Of a DNA stretch of 52,233 nucleotides, positions 13,649 to 22,630 are shown piece after piece; position 1 is the first letter of the stretch, and the number at the start of each line of letters is the position of its first letter. The notes beneath the pieces are model-generated. The model made no database searches, had not been told where the DNA came from, and worked only from the letters and a program-made list of their open reading frames with translations. Position numbers and translations under genes: made by a program. Source of the DNA: a virus (lineage: Duplodnaviria > Caudoviricetes); the IMG/VR virus record IMGVR_UViG_3300042429_000905, positions 1 to 52,233 of that record; one strand, written 5' to 3'.

Positions 13649-16600
13649 ATGAGCGTGTTCCATTGCGACTTTGAAACTTTTGGGAGCGAGGACCTCAAGT
13701 CCTACGGCGCGTTCAAATACGCCTCGGGCGAGGACACCGAGATCGTCCTCTGCGCGATCTGCAAGGACAACGGTCCGGTCGAGATCTGGGACCGCTACGC
13801 TAAGGACAACACCGCAGCCCTCATGCTGCTCAGAGAAGCCTGCGTCTCCGGAGGCATTATTGCGTCTCACAATGTGGGTTTTGAAATAGCAATTTCGGCA
13901 TACCAGTGGCAGCGGACTTTCAAATTCAAGCAGCCAGCCTTGACCCAGTGGCGATGCACCGCCGCCATGGCCCGAGTGGCAGGCATCCCCTACTCCTTGG
14001 AGAAAGCCGCCGAGTTCCTCAAACTGGCAGACCAGAAGGACAAGGTGGGCTCCGCGCTGATCAGGATCTTCAGCATCCCCGACAGCAAGACCGGCAAGCG
14101 GCGCTTCCCGACCGACCCCGGCACCGTCACCGTAGCAGGCGAGAAGCTGACCTACCCGCAGGCGTGGGCCAAGTTCAGCGATTACTGCCGCAAGGACGTG
14201 GAGGTTGAGCGCGGCATCCACAGCAAGCTCAAGTCCCTCGAACTGGAGGGGTTCCTGCTCGACAGCTTCCAACTGGATTTGCGGATGAACTGCACCGGCA
14301 TCCCGATCAACGTCCCGGCGGTGATCGAAGCGGAGAAGCTGGTGGACGCGTTCAACTTGACCGCTGGGGAGGAGTTCCGGGAGATCACCGGCTACAACTC
14401 CGGCCAGACGGCCAAGGTGCTGGCGTGGCTCAAGGAGCGCGGCTACCCCGGCGACGACATGAGAGCCACCACCGTCAGCCGCATCCTCACCGGCGAGGTC
14501 GAGGACGAAGACGGCGAGTCTACCGGAGAGACCGTGCAGCCCGAGTGGGCCGCGATGACTACCGAGGCCGTCAAGGCGCTCAAGCTGCGAGCCCTCCTCT
14601 CCTTCGCTGCGCTGAAGAAGCTACCCACCATGCGCGGGGCCGTCTGCCCGGACAACAAAGTCCGGGGGGCGCTCCTCTGGTACGGAGCCTCGCGCACGGG
14701 AAGGCATTCCGGGAAGATCATTCAGATCCAGAACTTCCGCCGCCCGTCCATCGACAACACCCACGAGTGCTACGACCTGATCCGCAGCGGTTGCGCCGAC
14801 CCCGAGTTGCTGGAGTTGGCCTACGGGAGTCCCTTGGAGGCCATCGCCTCCTGCATCCGGCACTTCATCCACCCCGCCGACGGCCAGTTCCTCGACATCG
14901 ACTTGGCACAGATCGAAGCGCGGGTGGTGGCGTGGCTCTCTGGCCATGATGAGTTGCTCCAGTCCTTCCGTGACGGCAAGGACCTCTACAAGACCACGGC
15001 GTCGCTGGTGTTCGGCGTCCCATACGACAAGGTAGACAAAGAGTTAAGATTTCTCGGCAAGACGTTAGCACTAGCATGTAATTATGCCGGGGGCTACCGC
15101 GCCTTTGCCACCATGGCCAAGAACTTCGGGACCGAGGTGCCCAAGAAGAAGGCCAAAGAGGTGGTCAAGCTTTACCGCTCCGCCAACAAGGCCATCACCG
15201 GCTTCTGGAGCGCCATGCAGGACGCCGCCGTTGCGGCCATCGAGGCCCCCGGAACATGGCAGGTCGTCAACGACAAGATCCGGTTCGGTTGTCACCGCAA
15301 GCTCGGCTACCTGAACATGGTGATGGAGCTTCCCTCCGGTCGCCGGTTGAACTACCCTCTGCCCGAGGTCACCACCGTCTACAAATACGGCAAGAAGGTC
15401 GTGGACGCCGACGGCGAGGAGGACACCGAGTGGATGCCTATCGACAAATGGCGGGCGCTCAACTCAGACGGCACCGTCCGCGAAGGCATCTGGGCGTCCA
15501 GCGAGATCAGCTACCACGGTCCGATTACACAGGCGATGTGGGGCCGAGTCCGGACCTCGGGCGGAGTGTTAGTGGAGAACTGTCTTGGCCACGAGACCGA
15601 AGTTCTGACAGAGGATGGGTGGGTAGTCATAACTGGCATAAAAAACCAGCGGGTTTTTGACGGAGTTGAATTTGTCAGTCATAAAGGCTTGCGCTCAATC
15701 GACAAAGGTGCCACCATTGACTTCGACGGACTGGAAATTACTCCTGACCACCTGATTCTGACAGCGGAAGGCTGGTCCCCGTCAGAGAACACAAATTATG
15801 AAAAAGCCTACGAATGCTGCAACTCGCTATGTCGGGAGAATTTACGGGAACCTCACGGTGCTGGAGAGGCACGACTGCCCGGACGGGAAACACTGGAGAT
15901 GGAGAGCATCGTGCAAGTGTGGAGGGGAGAGGCTGATGCACGAGACGGACATGGGTCCGACGACGAAGGCAAAGTTCTGTTCCAAGAACTGCCCATTTCT
16001 GTCATCATACATCAGCAAGAACAGGACATCGCACGGAATGTCCCGTCACCCAGCATACGCAGTGTGGAGAAGTATGACGGACAGGTGCAAACTTCCGACA
16101 CACCAAGCGTGGCACAACTACGGGGCCAGAGGGATAACAGTGTGCAAGCGGTGGGCGGACTTTACGAAGTTCTGGGAGGACATGGGGGCGACCTACGTTC
16201 ACGGGTTGGACTTGGACAGAGAGAACAACAATGGGAACTACACCCCCAAGAATTGCAGGTGGACTACCAGGCGGATCAACACCAGAAACCGTCGGAAGTC
16301 TGTTTACGTGGAATCCCCTTGGGGGAGGATCAATCTGGCCGAGGCAGTGGAGAAATCGGGGATAGGTCACACCACGCTGCTTTACCGGTTGTCGAGGGGG
16401 ATCACAGATTCAGATCTGTTGTTTGTGAAGCCAAACGTGAAACACAAGTTTACGACATCATCAGTTGTGGTCCGAGGAGAAGGTTCGTCGTCCGAGGGAA
16501 AAAGAAAAAGGCGCTGATCGTCCACAACTGCTGCCAAGCCACTGCTGCGGATTTCCTCACCCACGGCGTCCTGAACGCTGAGAAACACGGATACGAGCCT

Positions 16601-16756
16601 TGCTTCGTGGTCCACGATCAGTTGATCTGCAACCACCACCCCGAGCGCGGCAACACCATGGAGGAACTGACCAGCCTGTTCTGCGCCATACCCTCGTGGG
16701 CACCCGGATTCCCTCTTGAAGCCGCCGGAGCCATTACCCCATACTACACCAAATGA
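13649..16756 (+). CDS. polA: Family A DNA polymerase with 3'-5' exonuclease, intein-containing precursor (1035 aa; 719 aa after splicing)
   Basis: Exo DFET, HNVGFE, YCRKD; RTGRHS; motif A DLAQIEARV; motif B KTLALACNY; EN|CCQATAAD; motif C VHDQ. Confidence 0.95.
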   Translation: MSVFHCDFETFGSEDLKSYGAFKYASGEDTEIVLCAICKDNGPVEIWDRYAKDNTAALMLLREACVSGGIIASHNVGFEIAISAYQWQRTFKFKQPALTQWRCTAAMARVAGIPYSLEKAAEFLKLADQKDKVGSALIRIFSIPDSKTGKRRFPTDPGTVTVAGEKLTYPQAWAKFSDYCRKDVEVERGIHSKLKSLELEGFLLDSFQLDLRMNCTGIPINVPAVIEAEKLVDAFNLTAGEEFREITGYNSGQTAKVLAWLKERGYPGDDMRATTVSRILTGEVEDEDGESTGETVQPEWAAMTTEAVKALKLRALLSFAALKKLPTMRGAVCPDNKVRGALLWYGASRTGRHSGKIIQIQNFRRPSIDNTHECYDLIRSGCADPELLELAYGSPLEAIASCIRHFIHPADGQFLDIDLAQIEARVVAWLSGHDELLQSFRDGKDLYKTTASLVFGVPYDKVDKELRFLGKTLALACNYAGGYRAFATMAKNFGTEVPKKKAKEVVKLYRSANKAITGFWSAMQDAAVAAIEAPGTWQVVNDKIRFGCHRKLGYLNMVMELPSGRRLNYPLPEVTTVYKYGKKVVDADGEEDTEWMPIDKWRALNSDGTVREGIWASSEISYHGPITQAMWGRVRTSGGVLVENCLGHETEVLTEDGWVVITGIKNQRVFDGVEFVSHKGLRSIDKGATIDFDGLEITPDHLILTAEGWSPSENTNYEKAYECCNSLCRENLREPHGAGEARLPGRETLEMESIVQVWRGEADARDGHGSDDEGKVLFQELPISVIIHQQEQDIARNVPSPSIRSVEKYDGQVQTSDTPSVAQLRGQRDNSVQAVGGLYEVLGGHGGDLRSRVGLGQREQQWELHPQELQVDYQADQHQKPSEVCLRGIPLGEDQSGRGSGEIGDRSHHAALPVVEGDHRFRSVVCEAKRETQVYDIISCGPRRRFVVRGKKKKALIVHNCCQATAADFLTHGVLNAEKHGYEPCFVVHDQLICNHHPERGNTMEELTSLFCAIPSWAPGFPLEAAGAITPYYTK
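15581..16528 (+). mobile_element. Intein in the DNA polymerase (residues 645-960, 316 aa)
   Basis: Block A CLGHETEVLTEDGW, block B ITPDHLILT, block F VYDI, block G IVHN followed by +1 Cys; removing it restores VEN-CCQATAAD. Confidence 0.93.
15798..16517 (+). CDS. HNH homing endonuclease nested in the intein in the +1 frame
   Basis: GRIYGNLTVL..CKCG; HGMS..Y.VW.SM..RC..YGARGITVC.RW..F..DMG..LDRENNNGNY.P.NCRW.T..N.RN; C-terminal HTH-like segment; A-rich start context ACACAAATT-ATG. Confidence 0.88.
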   Translation: MKKPTNAATRYVGRIYGNLTVLERHDCPDGKHWRWRASCKCGGERLMHETDMGPTTKAKFCSKNCPFLSSYISKNRTSHGMSRHPAYAVWRSMTDRCKLPTHQAWHNYGARGITVCKRWADFTKFWEDMGATYVHGLDLDRENNNGNYTPKNCRWTTRRINTRNRRKSVYVESPWGRINLAEAVEKSGIGHTTLLYRLSRGITDSDLLFVKPNVKHKFTTSSVVVRGEGSSSEGKRKRR

Positions 16757-16875
16757 CCAAACTGTAAGCCGTGCAGAGCATTGCGGGAGGGGGTTTACTT
16801 GTTGTCCTCCTAGAACTGCGCGTCCGGGGCAGCGCGTCCGCCATCCACGGAGCCCCACCCAACTACCTAACAACT

Positions 16876-17295
16876 ATGAACGCATCCGAACTAAACGAAC
16901 GCTCCATCTATCTTCGCCGTCTTGCCGACCAGATCGACAACCTCGCGCTGGACCAAATCGCCATCGACAACCGACGCAGCGAGTTGCTGCAAGACTTGAG
17001 CCGGTTTGTGCCGACGACGGTCAACAAGCCAACCGAGAAACTGGAAAGTGCTCCCGATGAGCCTAGAAAATCCTTCAGCTTTGTAAGCTACGTCAGCCCG
17101 GAGTCGGTAACGTGTACCGCCATCATGAAGCAGTTCAAAGCCAAGCATCCGGCACCAATACATCGCCGCAGCATCGTGACGGACGTTGACGCCAACTCCA
17201 TCAGCTTCTACCTTTCCAGCCTCAAGCGTCACGGCCTGATAAATAACCCCACCCGTGGATTCTGGACGTTGACCGAGAAAGGAATCAAGGCGTGA
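16876..17295 (+). CDS. Coiled coil plus Mrr N-terminal-like winged helix
   Basis: ISFYLSSLKRHGLINNPTRGFWTLTEKG. Confidence 0.6.
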   Translation: MNASELNERSIYLRRLADQIDNLALDQIAIDNRRSELLQDLSRFVPTTVNKPTEKLESAPDEPRKSFSFVSYVSPESVTCTAIMKQFKAKHPAPIHRRSIVTDVDANSISFYLSSLKRHGLINNPTRGFWTLTEKGIKA

Positions 17296-17567
17296 GAGAG
17301 GCAACACTGGAAAAAGCTCTCTGCGACTATGCGCGGAAGAAGGGGTATCTGGGCTACAAATTCGTCAGCCCCCAGCATAAAGGAGTCCCGGACCGGATCT
17401 TCATCTCCCCCAGCGGACAAGTAGTTTTCATTGAGGTCAAAGCTCCCGGTAAAAAACCGACGGAGTTGCAGTACCGCGAGATCAAAAAGCTGCTGGCCCA
17501 AGGCGTCCCTGCCTACTACTGCGATAGTCTGGCCACCGGGATGATTCTTCTGGAGGCACACAAATGA
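17292..17567 (+). CDS. VRR-NUC nuclease
   Basis: E..LE, KFVSP..GVPDRI..FIEVKAPGKKPT.LQ. Confidence 0.92.
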   Translation: MREATLEKALCDYARKKGYLGYKFVSPQHKGVPDRIFISPSGQVVFIEVKAPGKKPTELQYREIKKLLAQGVPAYYCDSLATGMILLEAHK

Positions 17568-18916
17568 AACTTCCCCCCCTGCCTCAGCAGATTTGCATGA
17601 CCCAGTTCATCCTCGACCACCACGAGGCCGCGATTGACGCAGGCATGGGTCTTGGAAAAACGAGGGCCACTCTAGACGCCATTGACTTCCTCATTAACGA
17701 CTGTGCTATCACGGGAGCGCTTATCGTCAGCCCTCTGTGGGTGTCGATTTTGACGTGGCCCGCCGAGATCGCCCGGTGGACGCCCCATCTGCGGTATGTC
17801 AGCCTGCGCACCGAGGAGGGCATGAAAGCATGGAGGGAAGGCACTGCGGACATCTACCTCATCAACTTTGAGATGTTGCAAACCTTCGAGAAAAACGGGC
17901 TTTTAAAACGCAAGTCGATTGCAGCAGACATGCTGGTCATCGACGAAATCAGCAAGTTTCGGGACCCTTCCTCCAAACGAGCCAAAGTAGTGAAGACCCA
18001 CAGGCACCATTTCCGACGGTGCGTAGGACTCACCGGAACACCGGTCCCCAATTCTCACCTCGACCTGTGGGGTCAGTACCGCGTCATGGATGGAGGCGTC
18101 CGGCTGGGCACGGCGTTCAGCAGGTTTCGCAGCAGGTTCTTTGAGTCGGACTATATGGGGTACTCCTTCACGGTACGTCCGGGGGCCAAGGAAATGATCG
18201 AGCAATCCATCGCTGACATCACGCTCGTGATGCGCTCCGAGGACTATCTCAACATTCCGCCCACCACGATTGTGGACGTGGACGTGGCCATCCCGGACGC
18301 CGCCCGCAAAGTCTACAAAACGCTGGAGAAGGAGTTACTGGCCGAGGTCTCCGACAAGGAAGTGGTGGCATTGTCCGCCGCCACTCTTGTGACCAAACTT
18401 CGACAAGTCACGTCGGGGGCGGTAATTTCCGAAGACGGGGTGGTATGGGTTCACGACGCCAAGGTGGATGCACTCAAGAAACTGCACAAGGACCTAAAGC
18501 AGCGCCCTCTCCTCGTGGCGACCAACTACATCCACGAGCGCGACCGCATCCTCGCCGCCATTCCGTGCGCCCAAGAGTTCGACGCCAAACGGCTGGACGA
18601 CTGGAACGCGGGCAAAATCCCAATGTGGGTGGTTCACGTCAACTCGGTGTCGCACGGCCTCCAGATGCAGGGCACCTGCTGCGAGATCGCGTGGTTCAGT
18701 TTGAACTACTCCAACGAGATTTTCATGCAACTCAATGCGCGCGTGGCGAGGACGGGACAAACCCGGCCAACCACAGTTTACCGCCTGATGGTGCCCGATT
18801 CGGTGGACTGGGCCATGGCGGATGTGTTGGAGTCAAAGAATCTCAACGAACAAGGAATGCTCAAGAATCTCGTCGCCAACGTGAAAATGCTTGCGCAATC
18901 ACGCGAGTCCGCGTAA
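17564..18916 (+). CDS. SNF2-like SF2 helicase
   Basis: MGLGKT, IDEIS, GLTGTP, SHGLQMQ, Q.NARVARTGQ. Confidence 0.92.
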   Translation: MKLPPLPQQICMTQFILDHHEAAIDAGMGLGKTRATLDAIDFLINDCAITGALIVSPLWVSILTWPAEIARWTPHLRYVSLRTEEGMKAWREGTADIYLINFEMLQTFEKNGLLKRKSIAADMLVIDEISKFRDPSSKRAKVVKTHRHHFRRCVGLTGTPVPNSHLDLWGQYRVMDGGVRLGTAFSRFRSRFFESDYMGYSFTVRPGAKEMIEQSIADITLVMRSEDYLNIPPTTIVDVDVAIPDAARKVYKTLEKELLAEVSDKEVVALSAATLVTKLRQVTSGAVISEDGVVWVHDAKVDALKKLHKDLKQRPLLVATNYIHERDRILAAIPCAQEFDAKRLDDWNAGKIPMWVVHVNSVSHGLQMQGTCCEIAWFSLNYSNEIFMQLNARVARTGQTRPTTVYRLMVPDSVDWAMADVLESKNLNEQGMLKNLVANVKMLAQSRESA

Positions 18917-18946
18917 ACTGGAAGCTCGGATTGTTGACATAGTTGG

Positions 18947-18978
18947 CCGTCCACCGGGTCACTCCGGTGGGCGGTTTT
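18947..18978 (+). terminator. Terminator at the end of the replication module
   Basis: CCGTCCACCGG/CCGGTGGGCGG stem followed by TTTT. Confidence 0.6.
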
Positions 18979-19124
18979 AACGAAAACCAAAGGCCCGTTT
19001 GCTACATCGCCCGTTACATTGCCCGCTGCATTGGCTTGATCAGAACGGCTGCTCGCTTTTCAGGGGCGAGCAGCCGTTTTTCGTCATTGCGCCAGCAAGG
19101 ATTTACCCGTAGAATCCCCCGGTC

Positions 19125-20312
19125 ATGGCCTGCACTTCCTGCTCCTCCTCTTCTCCTGTCGTCTCTTACACGTCGTCCGGATGTGGCGCGGCGCTCGGAA
19201 CCACCGTCTCCTGCGTGATGCCTCGACGGGTCAGCACCCCCTCGGTAACCCCGGTGGCGTTCACATGGATTCCCTCCATGATTCAAGCCGAATCGGGCAA
19301 AGCAGTCATCGCCAACGGTGAAGACTTCAATGTCCTTGACTGCTCCTACGACGGCCCCGTTGTTTTCGATTCCGCTTCCGGCAAGATCTACGTCGGCACC
19401 AGCAGCGCCTCGACCGTGGTGGCCGACAACTTCGCCTGCGAGACGTCCACCCTCTACGGGTTCCCAGTCTATGCGCTTGACCCCGGTTGCCGGGAAGTCG
19501 GAGCCAACCCGGACCGCAACATGGCGGTCGTCCGCCCAGTGGAGAGCACCACCGGCATCCTTTTCGGTCACCGCCATACCTGCTCCTCCAACACCGCGAT
19601 GTCCGAGGAGATCAGCCCGGTGGAGATCGTTCCGGGACCCATGCCTGCCATGTTCCCGGACGACGTGAGTCTGCTCGCCTACCGCGTTGTCCCCTCGACT
19701 GACTCTTGCGCCCCGCAAACCGTCGAGTATTTCAACCACGACGGGGTGCCAGTGGTCGAGGAAGCCGTACTGGCCGACTTGGAGCAGACCAGAGCAGGTC
19801 TGGCGGACACCGCCACGGACAACTTCGGGTTTGCCATGTGGGACAAGATCAGCGGCAAATGGAAGCTCAAGCGCCTGACCAAAGCGTCTTTCCTCGATAT
19901 GATCACGGAGAACTCCGAGGCTATTCCGACGTTCACCCACTTAATTTCGCGAATCACGATGTATTTTCGCGCCAACACTGCGGCGCAAGGGTTTACCACC
20001 GTTCTCACTAATTACAACCTGACATCGGTAGTAGGGTACGACGCCAAGTACAGTTCCGTGCTAATCAGCGTCGAGTTGGCTAGTTCTGGAGGAACCCGGT
20101 CTACGCTGTACGAAATCAAAATCGGCGACCAGCAGTACGCGCTGATCGGAAGCGGTTCAACGGTGGGAGTGGACCGAGTCACCAACCAAGTGGTGGTGCC
20201 TATCCCGGCCAGCAAGCAGATCAAGATTGAGGCTACAGAGATTACCCCTAGTGTTACTGGAACTTACGGGTCCACCACCATATCGGTACTTCTGGACGCT
20301 TTCGTTATCTAA
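19125..20312 (+). CDS. Virion or tail protein with a Cys-rich N-terminal half
   Basis: First gene of the structural block; 9 Cys in the first ~200 aa; beta-rich, lower-GC C-terminal domain. Confidence 0.6.
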   Translation: MACTSCSSSSPVVSYTSSGCGAALGTTVSCVMPRRVSTPSVTPVAFTWIPSMIQAESGKAVIANGEDFNVLDCSYDGPVVFDSASGKIYVGTSSASTVVADNFACETSTLYGFPVYALDPGCREVGANPDRNMAVVRPVESTTGILFGHRHTCSSNTAMSEEISPVEIVPGPMPAMFPDDVSLLAYRVVPSTDSCAPQTVEYFNHDGVPVVEEAVLADLEQTRAGLADTATDNFGFAMWDKISGKWKLKRLTKASFLDMITENSEAIPTFTHLISRITMYFRANTAAQGFTTVLTNYNLTSVVGYDAKYSSVLISVELASSGGTRSTLYEIKIGDQQYALIGSGSTVGVDRVTNQVVVPIPASKQIKIEATEITPSVTGTYGSTTISVLLDAFVI

Positions 20313-20313
20313 T

Positions 20314-22098
20314 ATGTCTGCTGACCCCCTGTCCATCGCGCTGCCGTCTGTTGGAATTTTCCAAGACGACTCCATTGCGCTTTTCAGCCAGGAGGCCCGT
20401 TCGGCGGGGATCAGCTTCATCTACAGCACGACCAACCTCCACATCCGCGAGCGCCGGTTCCAGACCCGCTCGACGTGGGTGGAGTACGCCTGCACCAGCG
20501 CCCCCGAGGAGTGGTCGGCCACCAACACCCAAGGAGCCATCGCCTACGACCCCCGGATCGGCAGCACCTCGCAACTGCGTCCGACCGGCGAGACAGGCAT
20601 CATCGAGTCCGCCGCCGGGAAACTTTACCGAATCACTCCGGAAGCCAACACCTTCAAGGTGGAGGACATCTCCGACGGATACGAAGGCCGCGCACCCATG
20701 CGGCTGGCGTGGCTTGCCCAAGCGGCCAACTACGTCATCCGCACCGACGGCGTGAGCAACACGCAGATCTGGGACGGTGTCCAGACACTTACCTCTACCG
20801 GATACAACTCCAACGCTCCGGCGTCCTCACGACTCCCCAACTTTGCGGGACCGGTGCTCTACAGCGACCGCATCTGGATCGTCAACCGTGGCAACGAACT
20901 CATCGCCGGTGACCACATCCACCGGCTGAACTTGACCGGGAACACCGACCTGCTCCTTACTAGCGACCAATCTTATGATCTGACATCTGTTAGCTTCCCT
21001 GCGCCGCAGGAGATGGGAGACATCGTCAGCCTGCACATGGTCACCTCCGCCCGTGGCGGCGGACTGGCATCGCAGGCGGAGATCGTGGCAGGCACCCAAG
21101 GCCCCGGCATGTGGGGCGTGCTCGCCGGAACTCCCAGAGCCCAGTGGGCTACCACCTCGATGCGCCGCGTCGTCCACGAGAGTGTCGGCCCCACCGGTCC
21201 CTACGCCGCGTGGCCGGGGAAGGACGAACTCCTGATGCGGACCGCCGAGGGGATCACCTCGCTCAAGTACGTCACCCAAGAGGGTGCCCAGCCGGGTAAC
21301 CCCCACGTCAACCTCGGTCAGGAGATCAAGCCCCTGCTCGACCGCGACCCGCAGGACCTCCTGCTGTTCACCTCGCTGCACGTCGCGTCCCGGCAGCAGC
21401 GTCTTGCCTGCACCGTCTACCCGGTCACCGACGGTCCCAACCGCTGGCACCGGGGCTACGTCACCGCCGCCCTCGCGCCCGGTCGCACCCGCTCGCCCGA
21501 GGCCATGGTCTGGGAAGGCATCACCACCCTGCCCGCCGCCATGGGGGAGGTCATCCAGTTCGTCGAGGTCCGCGACACCGGCACCAAGACCCGCATCTTC
21601 GCCATCCTGCGCAAAGCAGACGGCACCAAGGGACTCGCCGAGTGGACCAGCCAGTGGGGCGACGACATCCTCGCCGACGGCACCCCGGTCCAGATCCCTT
21701 GGCAGATCCTGACCCGCCGCCTTTCACGTGGGGGCGAGTATAACCCATCTTCTTGGGGCGATGTCTATTTGTCCCTCACAGACATCCGCGATAAAGTAGG
21801 CGTAGAAATCTATGCACGCTCGAATGGTAAGGACCCGTTCAAGCAGGTGTACAGCAACACCTTCACCAACACCACTTGGGAGACCAGCGGATACGCTGAT
21901 GCGGAGCCGCTTACCCTTGGTTCCATCTTCCGGGATTTCAAATCCCCGTGGATTCAAATTCTGATCAAAGGCACCGGCAGCGCAGTCGTCGATCTTGCTA
22001 TCGGCGGACTCGGTAGCGGCAAGTCCGGCACCTCCCCACCCAACTCTTGTCTGCAAGGGAATCTCCTTTGCCAATACGACCCTTTCATGCGAGCATAA
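20314..22098 (+). CDS. Probable tail nozzle / DNA stabilization protein (P22 gp10 or T7 gp12-like)
   Basis: 594 aa, beta-propeller-like composition, position before adaptor and ejection genes. Confidence 0.6.
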   Translation: MSADPLSIALPSVGIFQDDSIALFSQEARSAGISFIYSTTNLHIRERRFQTRSTWVEYACTSAPEEWSATNTQGAIAYDPRIGSTSQLRPTGETGIIESAAGKLYRITPEANTFKVEDISDGYEGRAPMRLAWLAQAANYVIRTDGVSNTQIWDGVQTLTSTGYNSNAPASSRLPNFAGPVLYSDRIWIVNRGNELIAGDHIHRLNLTGNTDLLLTSDQSYDLTSVSFPAPQEMGDIVSLHMVTSARGGGLASQAEIVAGTQGPGMWGVLAGTPRAQWATTSMRRVVHESVGPTGPYAAWPGKDELLMRTAEGITSLKYVTQEGAQPGNPHVNLGQEIKPLLDRDPQDLLLFTSLHVASRQQRLACTVYPVTDGPNRWHRGYVTAALAPGRTRSPEAMVWEGITTLPAAMGEVIQFVEVRDTGTKTRIFAILRKADGTKGLAEWTSQWGDDILADGTPVQIPWQILTRRLSRGGEYNPSSWGDVYLSLTDIRDKVGVEIYARSNGKDPFKQVYSNTFTNTTWETSGYADAEPLTLGSIFRDFKSPWIQILIKGTGSAVVDLAIGGLGSGKSGTSPPNSCLQGNLLCQYDPFMRA

Positions 22099-22102
22099 TC
22101 AT

Positions 22103-22630
22103 ATGGCAGTCAATCAGGATTCCGAAACCTCCGGCGTACCGGTGCGTGTTTACTTCACGCCCCAGGCTTCGGCCTGTCTGCCACCGTCCTTGATGGATGC
22201 GTTCATCCGCGCCAACTGGAGGGTGGACATCCCCGCCACGACCACCACGTCGTCCGGGACCATCCGCGCTTCCACCTTGCAAGACAACATCACCAGCATC
22301 GACTCCGAGGGTGCCGTCTACACCCCCGGCATCGTCAAGGTGGAGTTGCAGGAGCAGTCCATTACGCTGACCACCACTACCGGTCCTGGCGTGCCGGTCG
22401 AGGTTGCTTTCGAGGCCCCCGGCGTGTCCGACCTCCAGAACGCCTTGCGCAACATCGACTGGACCCTCGAACCGCCCGAGGCCCCGGTCAACATCGGCCC
22501 CGCCCGGTTGGTCGGCCAGCAGATCCGCTACAGCATCTACCGCATCGCCACCACCGACACCGATCCCTTCGACGAGATCATCGTCCGGGGCAGCGGTCGC
22601 CTCTTCGTCATCCCCTCCCCACCCACATGA
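22103..22630 (+). CDS. Hypothetical structural protein (start MAVNQDSE)
   Basis: Operon position; ATGA overlap with the next gene. Confidence 0.65.
   Translation: MAVNQDSETSGVPVRVYFTPQASACLPPSLMDAFIRANWRVDIPATTTTSSGTIRASTLQDNITSIDSEGAVYTPGIVKVELQEQSITLTTTTGPGVPVEVAFEAPGVSDLQNALRNIDWTLEPPEAPVNIGPARLVGQQIRYSIYRIATTDTDPFDEIIVRGSGRLFVIPSPPT

Noticed and set aside
15581-16528. Group I intron carrying the HNH gene
   Set aside because: The polymerase frame stays open and has all intein blocks at the exact insertion boundaries; I recognised no intron core elements
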